Source of the DNA: an uncultured Trueperaceae bacterium
GTDB lineage: Bacteria; Deinococcota; Deinococci; Deinococcales; Trueperaceae
Assembly: GCA_963815215.1 (NCBI GenBank)
Contig: CAWFFU010000008.1
Coordinates: 160,001-224,000 of the forward strand
DNA: 64,000 nt
Direction of reading: 5' to 3'
A program made the position numbers and the translations under genes. Below are positions 1 to 9,148 of the stretch, one piece after another; position 1 is the stretch's first letter; every line of letters starts with the position of its first letter. Under the pieces are notes generated by a model. The model saw only the letters and a program-made list of their open reading frames with translations. It had not been told where the DNA came from and searched no databases.

Positions 1-271
1 CCAGCCCGATACCGGTGTTCCCGCTGGTGGGCTCCACGATGCGCTGCCCCGAGCCCGGCGTCAACAGACCGCGTTCCTCGGCGTCCTCGATCAGGCCCAG
101 TGCGGTACGGTCCTTGATGCTGCCGGCGGGGTTGGCGCCCTCCAGCTTGAGCCACACCTCGGCCATGTCCGGCTCGACCACGCTCTGCAGCTTGATCACC
201 GGCGTGTTGCCGATGAGCGCGTCCATCCGCCGGGGTTCGGGCATGTCGGGGTTCTGAGGGCGCGGGGTCAT
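1..271 (-). CDS. cysK: Cysteine synthase (PLP-dependent), N-terminal part; runs off the window edge
   Basis: Manual translation: [13 protein letters not shown]...[15 protein letters not shown]...[13 protein letters not shown] (PLP lysine SIKDR and TSGNT motifs). Confidence 0.9.
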   Translation of the reverse strand, partial: MTPRPQNPDMPEPRRMDALIGNTPVIKLQSVVEPDMAEVWLKLEGANPAGSIKDRTALGLIEDAEERGLLTPGSGQRIVEPTSGNTGIGL

Positions 272-330
272 GCACGAGTCTACGTGCACCGGGCGGGAGC
301 CGATGTTGCGGCTTCTGCTATCGTGAAGAC

Positions 331-636
331 GTGAACGAGGCCGCCCTGGTGCGCTACTTCCGTGAGCTCCGGCGTGCGGTCGCGCGGGGCAACCGCGGCC
401 TCGAGGCGCAGCCCTACCGTCACGGCACCTTCCTGGTCGACGCCTGTGCGGGAGACGTCGAGTTGACCGTCAGCGACGTCACCGAGGAGGACGCGGTGCT
501 GATCGCCGCTGAACTCGGCGAACTCGGCGTGCGCGCCGTGGTCCGCGGCAGCCGGCTCTGCCCCCATTGTGGTGCGCGCGTGCCCGAGCAGGCTTCGTGC
601 ATCCGCTGCCGACGCCCGCTGGACACGGCGGCCTGA
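331..636 (+). CDS. Hypothetical protein with C-terminal zinc ribbon
   Basis: CPHCG...CIRC pairs; TATCGT -10 box 6 nt before GTG. Confidence 0.7.
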   Translation: MNEAALVRYFRELRRAVARGNRGLEAQPYRHGTFLVDACAGDVELTVSDVTEEDAVLIAAELGELGVRAVVRGSRLCPHCGARVPEQASCIRCRRPLDTAA

Positions 637-658
637 CGGGCCGCGGTGTCCCGGGGAG

Positions 659-1552
659 TCAGGCGGCCGCCCGCACCCCGTCCAGCGATCGCCGCTCCGC
701 CTCCGTCAACCCCACCAGCTTCTCGCTCAGGGCCCACAACCGCTCCGTGGTCGCCGGATCGCGCGCCGGCGTACGGAGCCGCAGCGGCTTGAGGTCGGCG
801 TAGTACGCGCCCGAGACGTCGGCGACTTCCGGCGAGAGCGCCAGGTAGAGGCCCGTCTCCGCGCCCTTCACGGGGGTGCGCGCGAACAGGCGAGCGGCCA
901 GGCCCAGCAACCTGTTCATGAGCGTGGTGCCGCTACCGAAGCCGGAGTCGACGAAGCCCGGGTGGAAGGCGTTGGCCGTCACGGAGGTGGCCTGGAGTCG
1001 CCGAGCCAGCGCGGTGGTGAACGCCACGTTGGCGAGCTTCGACTGACCGTAGGCAGCCCAGCCACTGTAGCCGCGCTCCAGCATGGGGTCGTCCAGACGG
1101 AGGCGAGCGGCCCGCGACGCCTCCGACGCGGTGCCCACCACCCGCGCCGCGTCAGCGTGCAGCAGGGGCTCGGCCAGCAGGTGCGTCAGCAGGAAGGGTG
1201 CCAGGTGGTTGAGTGCGAAGGTCGCCTCGTAGCCCTCGGCCGTGGTTTGCCGGCGCGTGAAGTAGGCGCCGGCGTTGTTGAGTAGAAGGTCGATCCGGTC
1301 GGTGCGCTCCCGCACCCGGCCGGCCACATCGCGCACCTCGGCCATCGAGGACAGGTCGGCGGGCAGGAAGTCGATGGCGGTGTTGCCGGTGGCGGCACGC
1401 AGGTCCTCCACGACCCGCTCGCCGGCTCCCCCCGCGCGCGAGATCGTCAACACGCTCGCGCCCTGCTCGGCCAGCCCGCGCGCCAGTTCCCGGCCGATGC
1501 CCGAGCTGGCGCCGGTCACCACCGCAACCTTCCCTGACAGATTGGTCTCCAT
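659..1552 (-). CDS. SDR family oxidoreductase (retinol dehydrogenase-like)
   Basis: TGASSGIG, NNAG, YGQSK, HPGFV motifs; start moved to METNLSGK. Confidence 0.92.
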   Translation of the reverse strand: METNLSGKVAVVTGASSGIGRELARGLAEQGASVLTISRAGGAGERVVEDLRAATGNTAIDFLPADLSSMAEVRDVAGRVRERTDRIDLLLNNAGAYFTRRQTTAEGYEATFALNHLAPFLLTHLLAEPLLHADAARVVGTASEASRAARLRLDDPMLERGYSGWAAYGQSKLANVAFTTALARRLQATSVTANAFHPGFVDSGFGSGTTLMNRLLGLAARLFARTPVKGAETGLYLALSPEVADVSGAYYADLKPLRLRTPARDPATTERLWALSEKLVGLTEAERRSLDGVRAAA

Positions 1553-1622
1553 GCCCCATGCTAGAGGCGACATCCGTTCCGTTCGGTAAGGCAGGCCGCC
1601 AACGGATGGCCGCGGCCCCCGC

Positions 1623-2228
1623 TCAAGCGAGCAGCCGGGCGAGTCCCACCACGATCTGATAGGCCGCGAACCCCGCCAGCGCCACCACGGAGGCTGCCAA
1701 CAACGTGCGCCGCAGGCGCGCGCCCGCATGCGCAGCGGACCCGAACACCACGATCAGCGCACCGGTCGCCGCCACCATGACCCCATAGAAGGCGACCATG
1801 AACCCCAGCGCGTGCGGCGGCGCCGCCCGCCACGCTGCGATGACGATGGGCGCGCCGACGAGTCCCCAGAACAGCCACGGATTGGGATTGAGCAGGTTGG
1901 TGAGCGCGCCCTTCAGGACACCGCCGTAGCCCGCTCCGTCCGCCGTCGGCCCGGCGGCCAGAGCCCGCAGCGCGCCGTAGGCGAGGTAGGCGACGAACAC
2001 GCCTCCGGCGACGCGCATCCCCTCCACTAGCACCACCGGGAAGCGGCTCACCACCATGAACACCAGGACCAGGACAGGGCCGTCGGACAGCAGCGGCGCC
2101 AGCGCCACCGGAAGCGTTCGGCGCCAGCCGTGCCGGGCCGACTCCGACAGCAGGTACGCCTGGAACGGGCCGGGCAGCACCGCAGCCGAGAGCCCGAGCA
2201 CCGCCCCCTGCAACAGGAGCTCGGTCAA
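1623..2228 (-). CDS. LysE family translocator
   Basis: LPGP...GWRR and TNLLNP motifs, hydrophobic; TTG start overlaps the upstream TGA (TTGA). Confidence 0.85.
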   Translation of the reverse strand: MTELLLQGAVLGLSAAVLPGPFQAYLLSESARHGWRRTLPVALAPLLSDGPVLVLVFMVVSRFPVVLVEGMRVAGGVFVAYLAYGALRALAAGPTADGAGYGGVLKGALTNLLNPNPWLFWGLVGAPIVIAAWRAAPPHALGFMVAFYGVMVAATGALIVVFGSAAHAGARLRRTLLAASVVALAGFAAYQIVVGLARLLA

Positions 2229-3346
2229 CCGGCAGCGCCGGCCGGACCCAGCTCCGCGCGACGCACCGTCAGCCGCTCGATCAGGTCGCGCTTGAGCGTC
2301 ACGCCCAGCCCGGGGCCGGTCGGCAGCGTCTGTACGCCGTGCTCGGCCTCCAGCAGCGGGTCGACGATGTCCTCGTCCCAGTAGCGGCTGGCGCTCGAGG
2401 TATCGCCGGGCAAGGTGAAGGCCTCGTGCGTGGTCAGGTGCAGATTGTGGGCGCGGCCGATGCCGAGCTCGAGCATGCCGCCGCACCACACCGGCGCGCC
2501 GAACGCCAGCGCCACGTCGCTCACGCGGCGGGCTCCGAGGTGCCCGCGAACGCGCCCGAGCTTGACGTTGATGACCCGCCCGGCGTCCGCCTCGAGAGCC
2601 TTGCGGGCATCCTGCGGCGAGTGCACCGACTCATCCAGGCACAGCGGCGTGGCGAGCATCGCCTGGAGCTTGGCGTGATCCACCAGGTCGTCGTGCGCCA
2701 GTGGCTGCTCGATGTAGTCGAGGCCGAGCTCGTCGAGCTGGTAGAACACGCGTGCATCGGTCAAACGATAGGCGCTGTTGGCATCGACGCTGAGCGGCAT
2801 GCCCGGCAGCGCCTCGCGCACGGCGCGCAGCGGCTCCACGTCCCACCCCGGCTTGATCTTGAACTTCAGCCGCTTGTAGCCCGCCGCGGCGTGGCGCTCG
2901 GCCTGCTCCACCGTGGCCGCGACGCTGCCCTGGATCCCGATCGACGCCCCCACTTCGATGGGTCGCTCGATGCCGCCCAGGAGCGTCCACAGGGGTACGG
3001 CCGCGGCCTTCGCCTGGAGGTCCCAGAAGGCCGTCTCGAGGGTGGCCACCGCCATGTTGTGCCCGCGGATGCCGTCGAGCTCCGCCAGCAACTCGGCGGG
3101 CGTAGCGAAGGAGCGCCCCACGATCCGAGGCAGGATGTAGTGCTCGAGAGCCGTCCAGGCCGTGTCCGCGGTCTCATAGCTGTAACCGGGAACGTTGCCG
3201 GCGGTGACCTCTCCGTACCCCTCCAACCCGTCGGCGTGCGCGATGAGGATGATCTTGCGCAAATCCTGCTCGACACCGAAACTCGTCTCGAAGCGGAACT
3301 TGAGCCGTACGGAAAGCTCGCGGAGTTCGACCCGCTCGATCTTCAT
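2225..3346 (-). CDS. menC: o-succinylbenzoate synthase / N-acylamino acid racemase (enolase superfamily)
   Basis: FETSFG, KFKIKPGWD, DAN, EQP, DES, WCGGMLE, PGDTS motifs; GGAGG RBS. Confidence 0.9.
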   Translation of the reverse strand: MKIERVELRELSVRLKFRFETSFGVEQDLRKIILIAHADGLEGYGEVTAGNVPGYSYETADTAWTALEHYILPRIVGRSFATPAELLAELDGIRGHNMAVATLETAFWDLQAKAAAVPLWTLLGGIERPIEVGASIGIQGSVAATVEQAERHAAAGYKRLKFKIKPGWDVEPLRAVREALPGMPLSVDANSAYRLTDARVFYQLDELGLDYIEQPLAHDDLVDHAKLQAMLATPLCLDESVHSPQDARKALEADAGRVINVKLGRVRGHLGARRVSDVALAFGAPVWCGGMLELGIGRAHNLHLTTHEAFTLPGDTSSASRYWDEDIVDPLLEAEHGVQTLPTGPGLGVTLKRDLIERLTVRRAELGPAGAAG

Positions 3347-3556
3347 GCTGGCCTCCAGGCTGCCCAATATACCGTTGCCGAAGCGCTCGACGGCCGCGCG
3401 CCGACGATCCGGCGGGCGAATTCCCGGCGGGCACCGCACGCGCGTGAACCGTCCGCGCGTGAACGGGCCGCCACCCGAACGAAGCCGCGACCCCGCGTCG
3501 TGGCACCAGGACACGTCGGAGCGTCAGGACACGTGGGGGAATCAGAACTCGGGAAC

Positions 3557-5462
3557 TCAGAACTCGTCGGGGAACTCCAACCGGGGGCGCCGCTCCCCGT
3601 CCTCCCCCGACGGCGTTCCCTCAGCGCTTCGGCTCTCGTTCCCCGTCGCCTTTCCGGACCCAGCATCCGGCCGCGGGGCATCACGTCCACCCGGGCCCGG
3701 CATCGGCGGCTCGGCACGCCCCCCGGCCGATCGGGATGGTTCGGAGCGTTCGCGTTCGGACCGATCGCGTTCCGACCGCTCACGTTCGGCACGCTCACGC
3801 TGGGCACGCTCACTTTGGGCGCGCTCACGTTCGGCCAGCCGGCGCTCTACCTCACGACGCTCGCCCTCCATGCGCTCGCGCTCCGCCCGCTCCGCCTCAC
3901 GACGCTCGATCTCACGGCGTTCGATCTCACGGCGTTCCACCTCAACCTGCTCCGCCTCAACCTGCTCTGCCTCAACCTGCTCTGTCTTGACCCGCTCCGC
4001 CTCACGGCGGGCGCGCTCGCGCTCGGCTTCCCGGCGCTCGGCTTCCCGGCGTTCGGCGTCCCTACGCTCGGCGTCCCTACGCTCGGCTTCCCGGCGCTGG
4101 CTCTCCCAACGCGGGGCATCCCGTCGCATCGACGCACGCTCCGAAGCGTGGTCCGGCGCGTGCTCCGGCGCGTGCTCCGGCGCACGCTGCTCCCGGGCGA
4201 CCGGTTCGCCCGAAGGCCGACCGACCCTACCTTGACCGACCCTACCTTGACCGCTCCTACCCTGACCGCTCCTACCCTGACCGCTCCCATCCTGATCACC
4301 CTGGACCCGGATCACCCTGGACCCGGCGCCCGATGCGCGGTTCCTCATCGTCCTCGGCCGCTCCCGACGGGACCTCGCGCCAGGCGTCGGACCAGGTTTC
4401 GGGGCGGCTGCCGCCGGCCGGAACGTCCGGGCGGACAGCATCGGGACGGACATCATCGGAACGGGCAGCATCCGGGCGCCCCTCTGCGGCGCGCGGGCGT
4501 CGCGGGGGCCAGATGGCCGCTGCGTTGGGTGGGGTGTACGAAGGGGTGTACGGAGCGACGTCCGCGTCCGGTGGAGCCTCCGGCCGGGCGGGCGGCGCCG
4601 CTCCGGAAGCGCCCCCGGAGCGAGGACCGCGTGGAAGGTCGACCGCGTCGTCCGGCTCGGTCCCGCGAACGGTATCGGAGGGGCTGCCGATCGGGAGCGA
4701 GCGAGGACGCGCGGACTCCGGTCGCGGCTCGAAGCGGACTTCGCTCTCCGGCCCGGACTCCCGGAGGCGGGGCCCGAAGCCACGGCCGTCGGCCACTTGG
4801 CGTCGGCTCGCCGCGCCGCGCGCCTGAGGCCGCCGCTCCACCTCACGGCGGCGCAGGCCGCGCTCGGCCAGGCCCCGCGCCGGCTCCACCTTCTGGTCGA
4901 GCGGGAGCACGCGGAACCGCGCGTTCCAGGGTTCCCACAGCAACCTCGCGCGCACCCGGAACGTCTTGGGCCGCATGTCGGGAACGTAGACGAACAGCTC
5001 CAGCGTGCCCTCGTCCCCTCCGGCCTCGCGCAGCTCGGCGGTTACCTCCACCGCACCGTGCGGCGGCAAGACCGCCGGCACATCGGCCGTGGTGGGGGCC
5101 GAGGAGCCGTTGGTTCGCACCGCCAGCTCCAACAGCTGCACCGGGACCGCGCTGAGGTTGCTCACGGTCATCGACAGCACGAAGGCCACGTCGTCGGGGG
5201 CGTGCAGCGACGACGATACCGAGGCGGCGGCGCCCCTGACGCGGAGCTCCCCGTGCGAGATCAACAGCTCTGGACGCCGCGCCGTGGCGGAACGGCGCGG
5301 ACGGAGGATCCAGGTGAGCAGCATCACCAGCACCAGCGCCGCCAGCACCCACGTGAACGGGACCCAGGTGGAGGGATCCGGCGACAGGGTCGACCACCAG
5401 TGTCGCAGCAGCTCCGCCGTCGACTGGACCTGGCTCGCCATCATGGTGAACAAGCGTCTCAT
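3557..5462 (-). pseudogene. Membrane-anchored protein with ER-rich low-complexity tail, interrupted by a frameshift near 4310 (ORFs 4296-5462 and 3557-~4310)
   Basis: N-terminal TM helix plus globular domain in one frame, ER-repeat tail in another; a 16-bp tandem duplication at 4295-4326 sits at the frame switch. Confidence 0.7.
3740..4480. repeat. Degenerate 12- and 15-bp tandem repeats encoding ERREA, EQVEA, PEHA, GQGRV/S, RPDAV units
   Basis: e.g. cgctcggcttcccgg, ctcaacctgctc, gaccgctcctaccct repeated in tandem. Confidence 0.85.
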
Positions 5463-5542
5463 GCGACCGGCCTATCCCGGTCCCCTGTGGGGGACCGCCG
5501 CATCCAGCTTAGCGGTTCCCGACCCCCCGTCGCGTGCCCTGC

Positions 5543-6211
5543 CTAGGGTTCGAACACCGACCAGCCCAGGTCGGAGGCGGTGCGCCGCAGCACGCGATCG
5601 GGGTAGACGGCGACCGGCCGGTCGCTCAACAGCAGCATCGGAACGTCGTCGCCGGAGTCGCCGTAGGCAGCGTAGAGCCGCTCGCTCCCCAACGCCTCGT
5701 GGAGCCGTCGCGCCTTGGCGTCGCCGACGTTCAGCGCACCGTCCAACCCACCGGACAGCCGATCGTCGCGAAGGGCGACGGGACTGCCGATCGCGAGCGG
5801 AGCGGGCGAACTGGGATCGTGGTGGAGACGTCGCGCGAAGGCCTCCACCACCGGCTGGAAGGCACCCGATGCCAGCACCAGTCGCTCGCCGGCAGCCTGG
5901 TGCACGCGCAGCGCAGCCACCACCTCGGGCCGCCGGAGCGGCCACAGCACGTTCTCGACCACCCAGGACGCGGCCTCCGCGAAGGCATCGGCCCGGTCGC
6001 CGGCGAAGAGGTCCAGGAGGGAGAGCATCCAGCGCTCGCGGACCGGCTCGATCGGGACGAGCCCGCTGCGCGCCAGGAGCGCCGACGGCAGGTTGCGCGC
6101 GAAGGTGCGCCGGTAGGGCCTAGCGCGACCGTGCGCCACCAGGTACGCGCCCAGCGCGCGCCAGGTCTGCCCGGTGGTCAGCGTGCCCTCGAGGTCGGAT
6201 GCGACCGCCAC
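5543..6211 (-). CDS. HAD-IB family phosphatase (SerB-like)
   Basis: SDLEGT motif I, LASG motif II, K, YGDSGDD motif IV; TATAAC 7 nt before GTG at 6211. Confidence 0.85.
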   Translation of the reverse strand: MAVASDLEGTLTTGQTWRALGAYLVAHGRARPYRRTFARNLPSALLARSGLVPIEPVRERWMLSLLDLFAGDRADAFAEAASWVVENVLWPLRRPEVVAALRVHQAAGERLVLASGAFQPVVEAFARRLHHDPSSPAPLAIGSPVALRDDRLSGGLDGALNVGDAKARRLHEALGSERLYAAYGDSGDDVPMLLLSDRPVAVYPDRVLRRTASDLGWSVFEP

Positions 6212-6272
6212 GTGGTCCGTTATACCCCGTGACCGGCGCGCCTCCACGGCCCACCCCGGCTACAGTGATGGC

Positions 6273-6959
6273 GTGGACGTTCGTATGACCGAGGACGGAA
6301 GCCGCACCCTGCTGTCGGCACGCTACCGCGAGACCTACCACTCGCAGCACGGCGCGGCCACGGAGTCCCGACACGTCTTCCTGGAGGGGAGCGGCGTTGC
6401 CCGGCGCCTGGCCCAGGGGTGGCCTACCACGGTGCTCGAGGTCGGTTTCGGGGCCGGCCTCAACACCCTGCTCACGTTGGCCGAGGCCGAGCGTTGGGGC
6501 ACGCCGCTGCGCATCGTCACGCTGGAGAGCGATCTGCTCCCGGTCGCAGTGTTGCGCGAGCTCGACTACCGCAGCCTGTTGCCCCGACCCGAACTCGGCG
6601 ATCAGCTGCTCGATTGGCTGGCGAGCCTGCGGAGCGGCGCATGGGCCCACGCAACGATGCTTGCCGGCAGCCGGCTGGAGCTGCTCCTGGTCGATGCGCG
6701 GCACGCCGCCTTGCCGGTTTCCGCCCACGCCGTCTACCACGACGCCTTCAGCCCCGACGTCAACCCCGAGCTGTGGGAGAGCCCGTTCCTGGGTCGTTTG
6801 TTCGGAACGCTCGCCCCCGGGGGCAGCCTGGTGAGCTACACCGTGAAGGGCGTCGTCCGTCGGCGGCTCGCGGCGCTGGGCTTCGAGGTCTCCAAAGCTC
6901 CAGGCCCGCCCGGCGGCAAGCGCGAGATGCTCGTCGCACGACGACCGGCGGAGCCGTGA
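6273..6959 (+). CDS. mnmD: tRNA mnm5s2U34 methyltransferase (MnmC methyltransferase domain, stand-alone)
   Basis: TEDGSRTL, YHSQHGA..ESRHVF, LEVGFGAGLN, DAFSP..NPELW, PGPPGGKREM. Confidence 0.88.
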   Translation: MDVRMTEDGSRTLLSARYRETYHSQHGAATESRHVFLEGSGVARRLAQGWPTTVLEVGFGAGLNTLLTLAEAERWGTPLRIVTLESDLLPVAVLRELDYRSLLPRPELGDQLLDWLASLRSGAWAHATMLAGSRLELLLVDARHAALPVSAHAVYHDAFSPDVNPELWESPFLGRLFGTLAPGGSLVSYTVKGVVRRRLAALGFEVSKAPGPPGGKREMLVARRPAEP

Positions 6960-7963
6960 GCGGAGCTCCGATCGCCGTGGTGGGGGCGGGCGTCGCCGGC
7001 CTCTCGCTGAGCTACGCGCTCCTGAGGCGCGGACTCGAGGTGGCCGTGTTCGAGCGGGGCCACGTCGGCGCCCAGGGGGCCTCCTCCGGACCGGCCGCCC
7101 TGCTCAACCCTTACCGGGGACACAGCGCCCGCGCCCATGAGGACGATCTCGCCGGCCTGGCCGCCTTCTGGCGCATGGCCGAGGCGTTGCGCTCGCGTGG
7201 CCTCGACCCCGGCGCCACGCGCTGCGGGGTGCTGCGACTCGCGCCGAGCGAGCGCCGTGCTCGCGCCTGGCGGAAGCGGGAGGGGGTCCGCTGGCTCGAG
7301 CCGTACGAGGTCCCTCCCCCCTATCACGCCCCCTTCGGCGCGTTGCTGGCCGAGGACGGCGGCTGGCTCCGGCCGCGCGTCCTGCTCGCCGGCCTGCACG
7401 CCGCGACGCTGGCGCTGGGCGGCGAGGTCCGTGAGGGGGTGCGGGTGCTGCGGCTCGAACCGGCCGCCGCCGAGGTCCGGCTGGTGACCAGCGCGGGCGC
7501 CTTCACGGCGTCGCGGGTGGTGCTGTGCGTGGGCGCGGACGCGGCGCCCGAGCTGCCGCTCCCGCCGCTGAGCTCGGTAGCCGGCGAAGTGGTCGAGGTG
7601 GCGACCGGCGGCCTGCCGGTGCCGCCGCGACTGCCGCTGGGCGGCTCGGTGTACGCCGCCTTCGACGGTGATCGCGGTTACGTCGGGGGCGGCCACCGCG
7701 ATCCCGAGTCGCCCGACCCGGAGGGGCCCCGGCGCCTGCTCCGTCAACTCGACCGGTCGCTGCCCGGCATCGGCGGCAGCACCGGGTTGACCCTCTGGAG
7801 CGGCGTGCGGGCCCGCGGCGACACGCTCAGGCCGATGGTGGTCGAGCGCGCACCGCGCGTCACCTTCTTCGGCGCGCTGGGCGGACGGGGCTTCCTGGTC
7901 TCGGCTCGCCTCGCCGAGACGCTGGCCGAGACGCTGAGCGAGCGGCTAGCGCGCGACGGCTAG
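6956..7963 (+). CDS. FAD-dependent oxidoreductase (DAO family, MnmC oxidase-like)
   Basis: VVGAGVAG, GASS, WSGVRA, GALGGRG; GTGA overlap with the mnmD stop. Confidence 0.82.
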   Translation: MSGAPIAVVGAGVAGLSLSYALLRRGLEVAVFERGHVGAQGASSGPAALLNPYRGHSARAHEDDLAGLAAFWRMAEALRSRGLDPGATRCGVLRLAPSERRARAWRKREGVRWLEPYEVPPPYHAPFGALLAEDGGWLRPRVLLAGLHAATLALGGEVREGVRVLRLEPAAAEVRLVTSAGAFTASRVVLCVGADAAPELPLPPLSSVAGEVVEVATGGLPVPPRLPLGGSVYAAFDGDRGYVGGGHRDPESPDPEGPRRLLRQLDRSLPGIGGSTGLTLWSGVRARGDTLRPMVVERAPRVTFFGALGGRGFLVSARLAETLAETLSERLARDG

Positions 7964-8358
7964 GCCGGCACTTCGCTCTGAACGCCGTAGAGCTCGTCGG
8001 CCAGATGGTAGAGCATCGCCTTGGTGAAGACGCGCTTGCCCTCCGCCAGGTTCTCGCCGTCCGAGGCCAGCGTCAACTTGCGATAGGTGTGGGACTCGAA
8101 GGGGTGCAGCACGACCTCCTTGAACACCGCCTTGCGCTGGCTGGCGTTCACCAGCAACACAGGGCTGCCCCCCTCGTCCGACAGGCTCGCAGACATCACC
8201 GTGGTGGGGAGATCGAAGGGACGCTCCATACGGTAGATGTAGTCGGTGAAGTCGGCTTCCTTCTCGAAGCGAGCGCCCGAGCGCTCGGCGGCGTAGTCCC
8301 GCATCCACTGCAGCAGGCTGGCCCACGCCTGGTAGAACCCGCGGTCCTTCTCGTTCAT
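7960..8358 (-). CDS. nqo15: NADH-quinone oxidoreductase subunit 15 (frataxin-like, Deinococcota)
   Basis: AW..LL.WMR.YA, RFEKEADF.D.IYRMERP.DLPTT.M.ASLSD closely matches Thermus Nqo15 as recalled. Confidence 0.85.
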   Translation of the reverse strand: MNEKDRGFYQAWASLLQWMRDYAAERSGARFEKEADFTDYIYRMERPFDLPTTVMSASLSDEGGSPVLLVNASQRKAVFKEVVLHPFESHTYRKLTLASDGENLAEGKRVFTKAMLYHLADELYGVQSEVPA

Positions 8359-8411
8359 GCCACCAGTCTACGGCAACGGGCGGCCGACACGCGCGTGGCC
8401 GAGCGGACGCG

Positions 8412-9083
8412 CTACAGCCCGAAGCGCTGCTCGAGCAGGGTGCCGAGCTCGCCCGGCTCGCGGGCGCTCGGCACGCCCAGTCGCGCACCGTCGTCGACAG
8501 GGCCCATCAGCACCGCCTGCATGCCGTAGGCCAGCGCCCCTTCGATATCGGCGACGGAGTCGCCGATCATGACGGTCTCGCTCGGCAACGCCTCGAGCCC
8601 GGTGCACGCCAGCGAGAAGATGCGCGCGCCGGGCTTGCGCGTCCCGACGTCGGGATCGCCCGACACCAGCACGCTGCGGAAGTACGCCCCGAAGCCCAGT
8701 GCCGCGAGCGCGGCGCGCTGCATGTCGACCGGGCCGTTGCTGACCAGCGCCATGGGCACGCCGCGGCGCTGCAGCCGCTCCAGCAGCTCGGCGGCACCGG
8801 GCACAGCACGGACGTCCTCGGCGTAGGCGCGTAGCGCCGTGCGCGTCATCTCCGTGAGGTCGCCTGGCGGGCGCTGCTCGAGCCGGGCGAGCGCCCTGCG
8901 CAGCGCGCGCTCCAGCGTGAGCGGACCGTCCCGGGATAGCTCCTCTCGAACCACCTCCGCGAAGCGGCTCAGATCGCAGCCGTCGAGCAGGAGCTCGTGG
9001 AACAACAGCGCCAGGTAGGAGCGGAAGTTCCCGGCGTAGGCCGCCAGGGTGCCGTCGAGGTCGAAGCAGAGCGCCCGGATCAC
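8412..9083 (-). CDS. HAD-IA family hydrolase
   Basis: FDLDGTL, VSNG, RKP, IGDS..D. Confidence 0.9.
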   Translation of the reverse strand: MIRALCFDLDGTLAAYAGNFRSYLALLFHELLLDGCDLSRFAEVVREELSRDGPLTLERALRRALARLEQRPPGDLTEMTRTALRAYAEDVRAVPGAAELLERLQRRGVPMALVSNGPVDMQRAALAALGFGAYFRSVLVSGDPDVGTRKPGARIFSLACTGLEALPSETVMIGDSVADIEGALAYGMQAVLMGPVDDGARLGVPSAREPGELGTLLEQRFGL

Positions 9084-9148
9084 GGCACCAGCCTACCCGC
9101 CCACCCGGCTGCCGGCGGGCGACGGAGGCCGCGGTAAGATGACCCGTT

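Noticed and set aside
3740..4330. Repeat tract as a CRISPR array
   Set aside because: Units are 12-16 bp, contiguous, without unique spacers; they are coding, and no cas genes are present
2339..5155. 938-aa plus-strand ORF, and similar long ORFs at 9431-11794 (-), 18166-20958 (+), 32398-34245 (+)
   Set aside because: Antisense shadows of well-supported genes in high-GC DNA; no motifs of their own
9084..9148. Radiation/desiccation response motif upstream of uvrD
   Set aside because: No match to the 17-bp TTATG...CGTAA-like palindrome was seen
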